A DNA stretch of 64,000 bases from Chlorokybus atmophyticus (Eukaryota; Plantae; Mesostigma and Chlorokybus algae): the NCBI GenBank assembly GCA_009103225.1, contig RHPI01003156.1:1328552-1392551 (forward strand), given 5' to 3'. Below are positions 25,501 through 39,149 of the stretch, piece by piece. Made by a program: the position numbers and the translations under genes. The notes below the pieces were generated by a model. The model was given only the letters and a program-made list of their open reading frames with translations, was not told where the DNA came from and searched no databases. Every line of letters begins with the position of its first letter. The stretch's first letter is position 1.

Positions 25501-28500
25501 ATTTGCTGGCGGAGCTCAAAACGAGTAGTAGTTATCGAGTACTCTGCTTAACTGTGTCGCCAAGCTTGCAGGTGGCTTTTCACGTTCTGTTGTTGTTGTT
25601 GCTGTTGCTAATAAATCAGGCAGGTTGGCCTGAAAATTGAGCAACTTGGTGTGCGTCCTTTGCTGCAGTTGCTTGTTTGCGGGGACCAGCAAGGCAATAT
25701 ATTTGCCTTCAAGCTGCCGGCTTCCCTGCTATCTCCAGGCAATGTAACACCTTCATCACAGGTAGAGGAGGCAGTCGCACATGACTGACGCCATATGCAA
25801 TGCTACTTTGTTTGCATTGAGTTTAATTATCGTTCAGGAGGTGGTGCAATTGACACCCACTGCAAGGCTTAGGGGTGCGCACGGCACGATGGCAGTTACC
25901 TCCCTGTCTGTGCGCAACGATACCGTCATATCGGTACGCACTCTTGTGTATGCTGTTTGGTGCTCAACTGTTGGGGGCCATGTTGGTGAGTACAGACAGC
26001 GTTGTGTACAGACAGGCCGGGACGGTTGCATTCGTCATTACATGCACCAAGACGGCAATTTGCAATGCTGCCAAACAGAGGGTACAGGTGTGCGCAAAAA
26101 ATGAAGCACATTCTTGCTTGCTACTCTGCACAGGGTGCCAAGTGCTGAGTTCAATGTTGATGCCACAGACATCTCAGCCGTGGAACGACTATACGCTTCT
26201 GATGATGGCAGCAATAGGAGTTCAATAGTGCTTGGGTTTCTTTCAGGGGACTTCATCATCCAAGACTTGACAGATAATAGAGAGGTGCTGAAGCACAAGT
26301 CCTTACAACGATGATAATGGCGCTGTGACCTGATCATCATGATTGTTCTCAATACATTGTTTACATGCTTAGGTGGTGCGCATAGACTGTGGCGGTTGGC
26401 GCCGCCCGCACGACTGTGCGATAGATGTGGGCACGTCGTTGCGCTACTGCTTCGTTTACTACACACACCGGCAGCTTTGCGTGCAGCTGAGTTGGAGTGT
26501 TAATGATGGCAACGAAGCGTTGACGGATGCTCCCGGCCGACAAACATCCTTACATTGGAGCTTTCATGGCATGGAAGTGCATAGCCTGCTATTTGCACCG
26601 CTCTCACTCGGCAGTCAAGCAGAACAAGAACAACACGTCATTGTCACTGGCAGCGAAGATGCATCCATACGACTAACCAGGTGACTAGCTGTTTGATTGC
26701 TAGTAATAGCGTCTCTAGCTTGATATCTTTAGTGGTTGGTTTTACATTTCCCTGTATGCAGGTGCACACAAGATGCGCAGATGGACAGTTCATATGTCTT
26801 AGGGGAGCACGTTGGCGGCCAGAGCGTGCGTGCCTTAGCCGTCATTCCCACCGACGGTCTGTTGCAACAACAACTGCTTGTTGCCTTGACCATCCCTCAC
26901 ACTTGCATGTTGAACTGAGTCTTGTCCCGATTGTGGAATTCAGGCCATAATGAAGAGACAGTTCTATTTACTGCTGGAGCCAAGGAGATACTCAGCTGCT
27001 GGGTGTTGTCGGAAGCATCCTCCATATGGCTCAGCACGTTTGTGCGTCACGGCGGCACATCGCTCGGACATGGCTCCAGCGATGACAGGCGATACCTTGC
27101 CTTGACTGCATTTGCAAAGGGCAGCTTTGGTGACAGGTATGTGGGTGCTTTATGAACACAATTGAAATGAATTTAAAATTGTGTCTGATTTTGAGGTTGA
27201 GCTTACGGTTGGTTGTATGGTGCAGGACTTTGGTGTGCTTTATTGTGGTGGCCAGCTCGAATGCTACGCTCACGCTGTTTGCATTCAACATGCACGAGAA
27301 GTCCTGGTAAGGCATTAGACAGATCACAGTTGCTCAATCGGTTGGCATGACCTCTTGTGGTTGGTGACTTCAATCCCACATGCAGGAAGTCTCTCGCCGC
27401 ACTGGATTGCCACACAGCGCCGGTTTTGTCGCTGGTCCACCACATCTTGGCCAAAGAGTCTGGTATGTGCCTCATAGCATGCATGCATGCATACGTAACC
27501 ATGTACTGCATACGTGCAACACACCACAAGCCTCTGAGTTACTGTTTGTCATGTTTGCAGGAGATGGTGATGCAACTGTGGTTTTCAGCGGGTCAACAGA
27601 TGGCTCGCTGGCTGCGTGGGACGTGACTGAGTTCACAGAGCAGTTCATGTCTGGCACAACCAATGGCAAAACATCAAGTCAGGAGGAAACAATAACGCAG
27701 AATGGGGTTGTAGACAACAGCACACTCTCTATGAAGAAGTCCGCTGATGGCGCGTACAGAAAGCGCACGTCTTCAAGGGCCAAAACCAGAGTAGCGCACA
27801 ACATGTATGCGACGGAAGGCCCGAAAGACCCTCTCACAGTGTTGAAGCCCGCTTTCTTCGTCAACAAGCTGCACCAATCTGGTGTCAATTGCGCAAGCGT
27901 TGCAACCGTAAGCGCACGAGCGTGCTTGCTGGTGACAGGCGGCGATGACCAGGCCATCACTGCAAGTATGGTAGTCAGAGACTCGAATGGTGGCTTCATG
28001 CATCAACTGCTACACCGAGTGGACATTGCTCATTCATCCGCAGTGCGAGGTACTGTTGTGACTATCAGAGTGGTTGCTGTGTCCTGTGCGTGCATTGTAT
28101 CGTTGGTGGTGAAGAGGTATCAAAACTGCAGTTGTTTGTTGCAGGTATCTGGACGGACGCCTGCTGCATCATCTCCGCCGGCCTTGATCAGAGGTTGCGG
28201 GTGTGGTCATTCAGTGAAGAGGGCTGCGCTTTATCACTCAAGGAAAGCTGCTGTATGGTGACTGATGTGCCGGACATCAGCGCCATGGACGTGCAGCTTT
28301 CAAAGCAATTGGACAGGCAAGGCTGTGTCTCGTCCTTTCTTGTCAGGACAATAACTGTTTGTTGACTGCTCATGCTGTAGGATACATGTCATAAACGAGC
28401 AGCCCATGACCAAATTGTTGACTCTGCCGCTGTACTGTAATGCAGCAACGGTCTGGGCCAGTCTAGACTGCACTATCGCATCGCGTGTGCTGGGCGTGGA

Positions 28501-28596
28501 CTTCAAGTTGTTGACGCTACAGTCAGATCACCGTTGAAGGCTTGCAGTGAATTACTTCAAAGAATGAGATGGGCATTGGTGGCCCCTGGGAGCTGA
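22560..28596 (+). CDS. WDR6: WD40-repeat protein WDR6/Trm734-like (tRNA 2'-O-methyltransferase regulator); many exons
   Basis: N-terminal GGYVGDVTALRLL..TGAQLRCYHLHTGQLLLSLCVFDGLRIHCIE; LQGHDGSIHNL; LYGHTARIWDC; VTAGEDCTCRVWD; LQGHR|GRGIWR; VTAGADASIKTW; FHGMEVHSL; LGEHVGGQSVRAL; VFSGSTDGSLAAWD; LHQSGVNC; TGGDDQAI; ISAGLDQRLRVW; terminal YRIACAGRGLQVV. Stop at 28594-28596. Confidence 0.85.
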
Positions 28597-29683
28597 GGGA
28601 TTTCCATGGGGAAGGACTTCTCAATCAACCTCCTGCCTGCATGGTGAGGCCGTGCAGTGTAGTTGTCGCCCATATGCTGTTTGCTCCTGGTGTGGCTGCA
28701 AATGTTGGTGTTTGCGCAACTACCCCAACTATTATGGCCAGCGAGCCTGCAGAACAACGCACATCAGCACAGGGACTGTGGCTGGCAACCCGTTCACACG
28801 CAGCAGATAGACGCAGCCATAAACTTGCTGTACGTGCATTGGGTCGTTGGCATCACCCTGGTTGGGTGGAGTGCAAGCATGTTCATGCAATCAGTGAGTA
28901 TCATCAATCATGCACTATGCGCTGCGTAGTGGTAACGATAGGAGCAGCTGTATTTGTGAATTGGCACTGCATTGTGCAACCATATATCAAGCCCAGCCTC
29001 AATTAAGCCACTGCCTTGCATGGTGCTTGCTAATAACTGCAACATGCATACAATACACAGGCAGGCCGGTGTTTCACCATTGTCTGTACTTATGATGATG
29101 CCCGTACCGCCCCATAAACACAGTGCAACACGCCATTACAGATCGGCATGCAACAAGTAGCCCCGGACGAGCTGCGCTAATCCACTTGCTATGGTTTGAG
29201 GATGTCTGGTGTGCAAGGAGTTGAAGTGAGGCAGGTACTGCTGTCGAAACACTATTGGACTATGCTGGTTGTAATGTGAACTGTTAGTTGTGGGTGATGC
29301 TATGATGCGTTTGCTGGTGTGCTTGCTTGTGACTGCTACTACAGAGGGACCCTTTCTTTTACCCTATGCTGGTGCTGCTACGCGTCGTTGGCTTGCTACT
29401 TGTGCTGCAAAGGCATGGGGAACCGCCGCAAGCATGTACGGCTTGGCTTGCATACAACCAGCCAGGTATTGGTACATATTAGACAGGCAAGCATACGTAA
29501 GAGCAACATGGTACCAATCGGAATGGCGATGAACTGTACAGTCTGATCAATTGGAATCGTCTCCATGTGTGCTTGAATAATTACTATTAGCATAAACTAT
29601 GAATACAGTATTATTTGTATCAGCTACTGCCGGCAAATTGCATTACCGCCTCCAGCTGCCCAAGTTATGACGGCAGTTGCGAC

Positions 29684-32600
29684 TCAGTCCTCTGCTGAGC
29701 TTGCAGAAGACACCTCAGATGATGCACTGGACTCCACTACGGTTTTGCGAGTCTGCCGTTGAGTTGTCTTTGGTGCAGCCTTCTTCTGTGGAGCCTGGTA
29801 CATGCAGTTATGTTGTCAATGCACATCGCTTTCCAGCTGTCCGCAACAGCAAGTTGCCATGCAGCCCACTCACCTTCCTTGCCGCAGCAGGCTTGGCTTG
29901 CCGGGTGGGCCTTGCATTGAGTACAGCACTCTGATTCTCGTCATTGCTTTCCTCAGCACCATCACTTGCTGCCTCTCTGGTGCTCGCAGAGGCTCTCCTT
30001 TGTTGCTGCGCCCTTTTTGCTACCGGCTTCTTCCTCACCCTCTTGGTCGAAGTGACCTCTTCTCGAGCGTCAGCGACCGTGGCGTTGCGGCTTGCAGCTG
30101 TTCAACACAACATAGACTCAATAACGGTGGAGGCAGTCTATGCGCACATGTTAGACCCACACACACAATGCAAGGCCTACCAGCAGACATGGACGGGGAT
30201 CCAGGCTCGTCGGAGTCCTGAGTGCTCAAGCGCTTAGCATCGGTTGTCTGGGCCTTCTCTACCACAGCTTCATCCTCCTGTCGCTCTTTGTGGCACGCAT
30301 GCAACTTCTCTTCCAGCTCCTCGATAACTGCTCGCACGTCTGCCTTGGCCTGCTTCTTGCCCTGTGGCACATTTGTGAGGACAAGTGCAGCCTTGAAGAA
30401 GAAAAAGACTTGTCTGCCAACCACTGTGACATGAGGCATGAGAAGTAGATGCACACATGCCAATAAACACCAAGTACAGACTGAATGCATTGCAGAGTTG
30501 CACCTTGGAAAGGTAAGCAAGGAAGAAACCTAGGATCTCCTCACTGTGCAGCAGATGCTGATAGGTGCGGAAGCTGTCTGCAAGCTTCTTGACACCCTTG
30601 TCGGTGAAGTTCAGCAGGGACATGCAGTACGCTATGTCTTTCTGCTGCTTAAATTCTGAGCATACCACACAAGATGAGCCAACTGGCGATATGCAGCACT
30701 GAAGGGTGCAATGCAAGCAGGCCTTACCCGTGACACTGCCCAATCGGTTGCAGAGCTTTTCAACCAAGCTCTCCGATTGCTTGTCCTGCAATATTAAGGC
30801 TTGCCAGGTAAGAATAGGCACTCCAGGTTGAAAGGGAGCAACAGGACAGAACTTTCTGACCTTCTTGATGAAGCCAAGCAAGCAGGTCATTATTCTATGA
30901 AAACTTTCGCTGGGGATCCCAGCACTGGACAGGCTGCTCAGCATGTCCGGCATGAGGTTATACACAGGGCTGGTACCTGTCAGCAACGTTTGTTGACTTT
31001 GTTTGTCCAACTCATCTCAAAGCTGCAGCGCTTACTTTTTTGTGACAGCTCATGGAAGAATAGTCTTGCTAAGCCCGCAATGCGAGGCGACTCATCCTCC
31101 AAGCAGAGGGCCATTTCACTAATGTGTCCCTTGACCTGTGCAAAGCACATTGATGAGGCTGAATGGTGCAGGCATGTGTGCATGCTTTGGCGTGTCAGTC
31201 TCACCTTGAGCATGTCATTGAGAATGAGATGTGTGAGAACCATCAGTGCATTCTTGCGCACACCAGGACACGTATCGCGTAACCTCTGATACATGTGCTC
31301 CGTCCAAGGCTCCACAAGGTTGGGGAACCTGAACGCGAGGTCTCCGAGAGCGATGATGCAGTTAGAGCGCACCGCTGTCGCCGGCGAGTTTTGCACGATG
31401 GTAAACAGAAGCCGGAGGTTGCGGTCACTGCAAGCCATGGCTCAGCATGCATCAGACCAAACTGAGAGCAGTTGCTTTGAGTGAGCTTACCAGAACTCGC
31501 TGTCAATCGCCATCAGTTTGCACATCGCCAAAATCACAGATGCGTGTAGATTGGGGTGCTGCACAACTGTATATCAGAACTGTAACCATATATGCTCATC
31601 AACTACTGTGTACCGGTCGCAGCCAATGCCACAGCAGTGGCGACTGATGTGGACATCTGTACCCTGGTTTCCTAGTCATACCTGCTGCAGCAGGGCCGTT
31701 TTGCTGCAGATAGCCTGCACAATAGGAGCGTACAAAGCAACAAAGTCCCTGTTGCTCTCTTCAGCGGCTGCACCAACAATCTCCTTTTCGCAAGCATCAC
31801 GCATGTCATCTAGCTCAATATCTGCCTGCATGCTGCTGGCACCGAGTTCTTCAGCTATATCCTGTTAAGGTAGAAACATTAGTAAAAGCATTAGCAAAAT
31901 ATCTTGCTGCCTTTCGTGTGTCTGCACATATTTGCACCAGCCAACTTGCCTGCTGTTTTGGCTGCTGTACACCAGCCTCAGCTGCTTCAGCAGCAGCCTG
32001 TGCGGCAGCTTTCTCTTCAGCCGCCCTACTTCTTCGAACACGGCGCACGCACGCCTCGGCGTAGACGAGTTGCTGCAAAGCAACTTGGCCGAGCGCAAAG
32101 AAGAATCGGCTGAGCGCAGCCACATTGACGGGCTCCCCAGGAGATGCGTTGCTGTCGCTGCCTTGTTCATCACATCCGCTTCGTATACCCACCGACATTG
32201 CTAGGTGTTGCAGGACTGCTGTGCTCAGAGCCTCTGGATGAGGATGCAGGGCGTATATCGCCTTGACTGCTTGCTCCGCTGCACCATACCAATGGCTGTC
32301 TGGGAGGTGCTTGTCCAGCAGCAGCTTTGACAGAGCACCAAAGGCTGCATGGTTTTCAGCCAGAGGAGAAGGCGCCTCTCCAGCCCCCGTCACGCGTTGC
32401 AGAGCCACGCAAGCGTATCTGGCAACATGCGGGTCCTCACGTGACAACGGTCCAAAGCCGGCTGCCAGCAACGGGTGCAGCTGTTCCTTCACAATGCTGG
32501 GTTCAGCGACAGCAGCCATGGACAACACCATCAGAGCGCCCCGTCTGTGTCTTGCTTCAGAGCCGTCTTTGCCTGTGGCAAAGATTGTCCAGAGTTCCCG

Positions 32601-35167
32601 CACCTGCAGCAAACACAGCAAACTAGGCTGAGAACTGCGAACTGTCTCATCAATCTGCCAGCAAACACTACAGCAGTGCATAAGATGTGGTAAGGACACA
32701 ACTTACTGTAGATGACTTCAGTTCTGTCCGACGCGTCAACTGCGCTACAGCCTCCTCAAGCGCTGTCAGCGTGCCCAAAGGTGCACCGACTGCTACGTCA
32801 ATGAGCCGCTGCGCAGTTTGCTCAGCCTGTCCTTTCATGTACAACGACAAGCACGCTTCCACAACAGCATTCTGAACAACGCTCTCCTTCGAGAACACCT
32901 GCCAGGAGTAGGCGGATTGTCCAACTGTCAAACAACCACATAAGACTTGCTGAAGCAAAATATGGCTGCAGGCTTACCATTGGCAGCATACGGTAAATGG
33001 CAAGATGAGTGTTGTCGACCTGGAACTGGTGAGCAAGAACAAGATACTGTATGCTTTCTGTAACGTCCGTCACACTGGAGGATGTCAGCAGCTCGCAGAG
33101 CACTGGCATCGTGCAAGCGAGTAACTTTGCAAACTGCAGTCCAACCTTCAGCGATGCTACCAGGTGTCGTATAGCATCATTTCCTCCTTCAAACTGTGGA
33201 ACACTGCTCGAGTTCTCATCAGGAACATCCTCGACTGCAGCGGCATCCTCGCCAGCAACGCTGCTGGAGCCCGTCTCTGCTTGGTCATCTGTTACGCAGC
33301 TGGTGTCTGGCTCTGCATCACCTGACTTCGGCCATATGTCTGGTTGTGCTGCTGAAGATGCTGATGGGTTCTGTGCTGTCAACTTGGCTTGATACTGGTT
33401 GAGTGTGGTTTCATACTGACTGGGAACCATAGTTGGACCAAAGGGGTTGTACTGTAGCATCGTGGCCAACAGGCGCAATGCAAGCTTGCGCACGTTAGCA
33501 GTCTTGTCTTGCAATCGCCCAGCAGCCAGCTGCGAAACTTGCATCCATTGCCCCAGAGGAATGGCCTTCTGAGCACACAGGTTGGCCCAGGTCTTCATGA
33601 CCTCACTCCTTGTCCAAACAGACGTGTCGCGTGCCCGCTCAACAAGAATGTTCAGCAAGCCTTGTTTGCTTTGTAAGCGAGCATGCTCACCGCCAGCAGT
33701 CTGCTCCGCATCAGTAAACGCATTGACAATAAGAACGCCAATAGCCGCAACCATCCCGCTCCGCAAAGGGTACGCACTGCAGTTCAAGAGAGGAAGCAGG
33801 ACACTGAGGTTGGTGGCGACCAACTTTGGCAACCTAGTTGCCAACTCCTGAATGAACTCGCCAACATGCTTCACACCGGGTGTTTCTCGGGCGTTCGCAG
33901 GAATTCGAGCCACCTCCCTGATCAGGTCGAGTGCTAGTCGGGGGTCTGCGTGCTCCCTAGCAGCTGTTGCGGCAATGTCCGCTGCATGTGGTGGCAAGTG
34001 CTCATGGTTGTGCAACGAGTGCACCAGCGAGGAGACAGTGCCCAACACTTGGTTGTACTTCACAGCACTTGTGACAAGGATGCGGGTCACGAGCTGCTTA
34101 ATGAGTGTGTTGCGCATAACTGCAGCTTTCTCAAGAAGCAGGAATGCTGCCCTGCCATATGAATATCAATTAATTAGTATCAGAAGTGCCAAGCGCTTAA
34201 CTGTACATGCAGTGAGTTCCAACCTGCTGAATGTGCCAAGGAGGTCCACGTCTGGCGTCTGCATCCTGTACAACCGAAACAAGTCCCCATCGAGCACTGC
34301 AGCCAGCCTGTCCATAACCTTCTCCCTTAGCTCCTCCCAATTCCAGCTTGCAGAGGCAGGTTTGGGTTTTTTCCTTCCCTGCATATGTGGCTGTCAGTCA
34401 TGTTGCACAGGGCATCCAGATGCATGCCCCATGAGGCAAATGAACATCTTACTTACCCTGGCTGTTTGGGAGCTTGTGACATCACTAGTGTTTTGCTCGT
34501 GCCACTCGTTCTCCGCACATGTCAAGATGGTGCAAAGGAAGTACACGTACACTTTCAGCGCAGTGCGATGCGCATTGATCGATGCCACAGCAGCATCTGC
34601 ATCGTCATCAGCAGAGAACGTTCCTAGCAGTGATGCAGTTGCTGTGTTTAGGACGGACAGATTGGAACAAAGACTATCCAACAGCCGAGCTTTCGCCCCT
34701 GCTGTTAACAAAGAGAAGTGCCTGCACCACAAGAAGTTGCTGCAATGAGAAACGCTTTGGGCCAACAGCAATAAGGTGTTGAAGCAGCAACTTGCGAGTT
34801 TCATCCAGCAGCATAGCTGTCGTGTAAACCAGCAATGAAGTGGCAGGGCCTGTACTTACTTGACCAGAGAGTAAACCCTACTGAAAACGGCCGCCTCAAC
34901 AATGCAAACAGAATCGTTGTCCAGCAACTCCGTTACAGTTCCTACAATGTCACCATGTGAGGTCAAGTTCATATCTGTCTGCTGAGCAGTCAGAGTACAA
35001 ATGTCAGACCAACGGCATTACTTACCTTCAACCAGTGCCCGAACATCAGCCTCCCCCAGCTCCGCAACATCAACAGCGTTGGCAGCGTACAGCACATGCG
35101 ACCCGCTCGACTCATGTTCCAGGTCCACCAGCCGCTGCGGCACAGCAAACTCTACGGGGGTATCCAT
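29684..35167 (-). CDS. CAP-D2: Condensin I complex subunit CAP-D2 (Cnd1/NCAPD2)
   Basis: HEAT-repeat protein with LRSGMVAAIG, ERARDTSVWTRSEVMKTW, AAGRLQDKTANVRKLALRLL and the Cnd1 domain VRSNCIIALGDLAFRFPNLVEPWTEHMYQRLRD..VRKNALMVLTHLILNDMLK|VKGHISEMALCLEDESPRIAGLARLFFHEL. Basic C-terminal tail. Confidence 0.93.
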
Positions 35168-35359
35168 TACGCGCTCAACCTCTCCAGCAAGCCATACCCC
35201 AGTTCGTCCAGACGCGCTCCTCTTCCACCTCAACCTCAACAAGACTCTTCCTTGTCCTTCAACTCCTTCTGTACCCTACAACGTCACCTCCAAACCTGCC
35301 TCCACATCCGCCTCCACTTCCTGCTCGTTGTCCGCCGCCGCCGCCCCCAAACACTGCCG

Positions 35360-35477
35360 TTAGGGTTTCAAAAGTTCCAAATGGCAACTTGCGTTCACCC
35401 AACAAAGCGCGGGAAAGCAACACTCACGTTCATGTCAACGCGCACGTTAGCCGGAGGTTAACAACACCTAACCCTAA
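35360..35477. promoter_or_regulatory. Telo-boxes in the CAP-D2/RUB divergent promoter
   Basis: TTAGGGTTT at 35360-35368 and CCTAACCCTAA at 35467-35477. Confidence 0.55.
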
Positions 35478-35695
35478 GCAGCTTGGCCTGTGTCGTTGTC
35501 GTTGCTGGCGTTGCCGGCACCATGGACGTCAGGGACGCTGCTCCTGGGCCGTCAGACTCCGCTTTGCTTGTGGAGGATGTGGCGACAGGGCGGCGCGGGC
35601 GGGCGCCGAGGGCGGCGTGGGCAAACCTAAAGGTTGTTGGCTTCGCTGCTGATGGCACCCTCAGAGTGGATGCGAGGGGCCTACTGGGAGGGACC

Positions 35696-36412
35696 ATGAT
35701 CAAGGTAACACTGCTAGCCTCCTTGTGATATTGCTGTTGTTCTGTGTCGTTTGTTTGCAGCAGCTTGCAGCTTCGACATGCAACGGCGCAGTTGTTTGCC
35801 TTGTTGACTCCAGCATGAGTGCCCGCACCCGTTTGCACGTGGCATGCACGGAATGCCATTGTACAGATTGAGTTGCGTCAGGTGATGTGCATAAGCGTGC
35901 CTCGTAGCTAAATGCGTGCGTGCATGCGCTACGAGCAGGCCAAGTGCCACAGGTAGAGTGTTGCGTAGAGAGTTGCTGCACGCGTGCCTGTTAGCTCCAC
36001 TACTCATATATAAATTAAGCAGGTGTTTTATAGTATTGCCATTGATAGTACTGCATGTGGCCGCGCAGCGCGTGATTAGTATGTTTGTGAGTTCTCCTGC
36101 GGCACGGTGTTGTAAACAGCTCTCACATATATTGCGTATGCACACTGCGTTAGAATTCAATCAGTTCAACAACTGGTTGGGCATGCACAGGTGAAAACGC
36201 TGACAGGCAAAGAGATAGAAATCGACATTGAGCCCGTTGATACTATTGAACGCATCAAGGAGCGGGTGGAGGAAAAGGAGGGCATTCCGCCAGTGCAGCA
36301 ACGGTTGATTTTTGCAGGGAAGCAAATGCAGGACGACAAGACCGCGCGCGATTACCACATTGAGGGTGGCTCTGTATTGCACTTGGTCCTTGCGTTGCGT
36401 GGTGGGTGCTGA
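35696..36412 (+). CDS. RUB1: NEDD8/RUB ubiquitin-like protein, stand-alone; 2 exons
   Basis: MIK|[73 protein letters not shown]. Exon 1 is 35696-35704 and exon 2 is 36191-36412. Plant-type RUB residues. Confidence 0.96.
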
Positions 36413-37644
36413 TATTAGGACAAACTTGTGAATATCATGGCTGGGTTCTTTGGTGTTGCTGTTGTGAATTGCTGGCAGCAGGTTATTGCGCGTTAATGCA
36501 TGCGTGCAGTGCGCAGTCAGACTGTATACCTATGTTTCAGTTGTGCACAATCTTCGTGGCTCCAATGGTATAAGAGAAAGTATGCACCATTGCCCACATG
36601 CAAAGTGTCATTTCGCATGCAATGTCATGCACCACACTCAGCACATGCACATGCACATGGTGTAATGACCAAACTGGGGTCTAAATCAGCATCAGTTGAA
36701 GAATGGCTATACTTCAATAAGCTCAAAGGCACTTGTAGAACGACATCAAGCATCTACTGTTGCTAGCTACCCCATCTGTGTACAGGATATGCGCGAGACA
36801 ATTGGCGACATGCATGACGTCACCACAGCATAGCATACCAACCAGCATGCAAACACAGTCACAAACACCACCACCGGGCTATATTGACTGCCTGTTTACC
36901 TACCACACTACCCTACTCTAGACCTCCCCGTTAGGCATGCATACATGCGTGTATGTAGAGTAACTTGGCCGCCACAGACTGCACAAATTGTTTTGGGAAC
37001 AGACAGGGTAGGACATCCTGTAAGCTTGACAAACATTCAACTACGGTGCATTCGCATGGTTACAGGTGTTTTTGCGCTTACATTGGAGCTTACCGTGAGT
37101 CAAGCATAGGTCTATGCGCACGCAGCAAGGTAAGCTACCTAACCTGTGCATTGACGATCCACTGGAGCTCTTGCGTGAGTAGCTGTCCTGACACAAGCTG
37201 CTGAATGCTATGATTATATGTCTACGTGACGCTCTTTGATTACAAACTTTCGCACACTCCATTGTTCAGCAGCACTAGCAGATCCAGCCCCAATGCATGC
37301 CAGCGTGTGAATCCATGACAGAAGTGAACTGCATAGCAGAGAGTGAAGTACACCATTACCCTTGCCACCCCGCAACAGGGCGTATGATTGGGTTGTCGAA
37401 GGGTAAGTGCACTCTATGGCTACATGTTAGACCAAATGCGCCACGATGCTGGACACATGCCTAGACTGCATGTGTTCCTCAGTAGCCTGTAGCTCACGAC
37501 CAGACTGCTCAACACAAGAGGCTCCACAACCCACGCAACAAATGACTAGAGCCGCACAGCACTCGCAAACACGAAGACGACGACCCGCATTGCAAGCAGG
37601 CAGCAACAATACACAGAGCAGATTGATGACTGCAAAGGTCCAGC

Positions 37645-38640
37645 TTAAACCTTGAAACCACGAGAGTTACGGCGACCACGAGCCTTCTCAAACTTGCGGC
37701 CCTTGGCCCGCACATAAGGCTTGGTGTGGCTGCCGGGCACACCAGGAGCGCGGCCGAAGTGGCGGGTAGCTTCGCGGGCATTCTTAGGCCCTCGCAGCAG
37801 CATGGTGTTGGCGCCGGTGGGTGCGATGAGAGCGAGCTGATCGAAAGTGAGGCACTCGCCACCGCTCTTCACAATGCGAGCGCGGGCAGTCTCCGTGAAG
37901 CGAAGCGCGCAGACCCGAAGCTTGGGCAGATCCTCTGTGTAGCGCACGTCGTCCGTGATGGTGCCCACCAACACCGCGATCTTGTCCTCCTTGCCAGACA
38001 TGAACTTGACCAGACGCCGCATTGACAGCGGCGGGTGGTTGGTTTTGCTCATGAACAACCTTTTGAGCACCGTCTCATTGAATGGGGACGTCGCTCGCCG
38101 AGCAAGGAACCGGTACAGCTTAACCAGCAGCTTCAGGTACACATTATCTGACTTTGGCGCCAAACGCTTGGTCTTTGTGTTGCGACCACCGGCCTTCAAA
38201 TCGATACCCTAACAAACACAGCCTTGGTAAACAACACATCCTACTGCCATACTGACCTCTGCAGACTAGAGTGTGTCTGTATTGGAAATAGTAACATCAG
38301 AAAACTACTTCAAAACGCCTTCAATTCTCACACAATCAAGCAAAGAACTGGACATTTCAAACTCTACCTAACACCTATCATGACACGAAGCCTAAGCTCT
38401 GCACAAGCTACAGACGGAGGGAGCAAGTGTGGGTGCGATGCGTGCCGATGGGCGCAATCGGCTCGCATGGCACCCACGCTTCACATTGGGGCCAGACTGA
38501 AACCCTAATCCACGCCCACCCATCCAGGCCAGGCCACACGCCGCGAGAATTGTGACAGCTCCCCAGCCCGTCCACGATCCAAGCTGACAACAACACCGTG
38601 CCAATTGCTCATCCCAGACAAGCATGCACCCACTCACCAT
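37645..38640 (-). CDS. RPL18: 60S ribosomal protein L18 (eL18); first coding exon is the ATG only
   Basis: ATG at 38640-38638 is followed directly by a GTGAGT donor. Acceptor at 38209, then [86 protein letters not shown]. Confidence 0.97.
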
Positions 38641-38709
38641 TGTGCCGCCGCCGCCGCGGTCGCCGACGTCGCCACCGCCGCCGCCGCCAGAGAGACCTGA
38701 TTAGGGTTT
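38500..38709. promoter_or_regulatory. Telo-boxes in RPL18 intron 1 and leader
   Basis: AAACCCTAA at 38500-38508 and TTAGGGTTT at 38701-38709. Confidence 0.65.
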
Positions 38710-39149
38710 CGAGCAGCAGGCTCACTCCGCACGCTCCGGTCTTAGAGAACGGCTGCAGTGCGCTGTGCGCGGGCGAAACCGCTTGCACGTAGTAAGACTG
38801 GTGCTCAACTCGGTCGACCTGGTTTCGATCCGGTACAAACGGGACCGCGGATTGGACCCCGATCGCGCATTGCTGACGGCATTGTCAAAACAATTCGCTC
38901 GCGAACAACTGTTGCACTGTTGGTTGAAGACTTCTTGAACTTGAAGTGCTGTACAGTTCAACTGTTGGACCTGAACTGGTTTGCTTTGCCTCAGGCGAGC
39001 GTGCTAGTTGAAAGAGTTGTGTCTGTATTCTGGGCTTGACTCGGTTGCTGCCTTTATTCGAGTCGTGTTGGGTGGTTGGGTAAACGACGAGTTGTTGGTT
39101 TGTTGTGCTGCTGGTGTGGGTGTGTGAGGGCAGGGCAGAGCAGAGGGCG

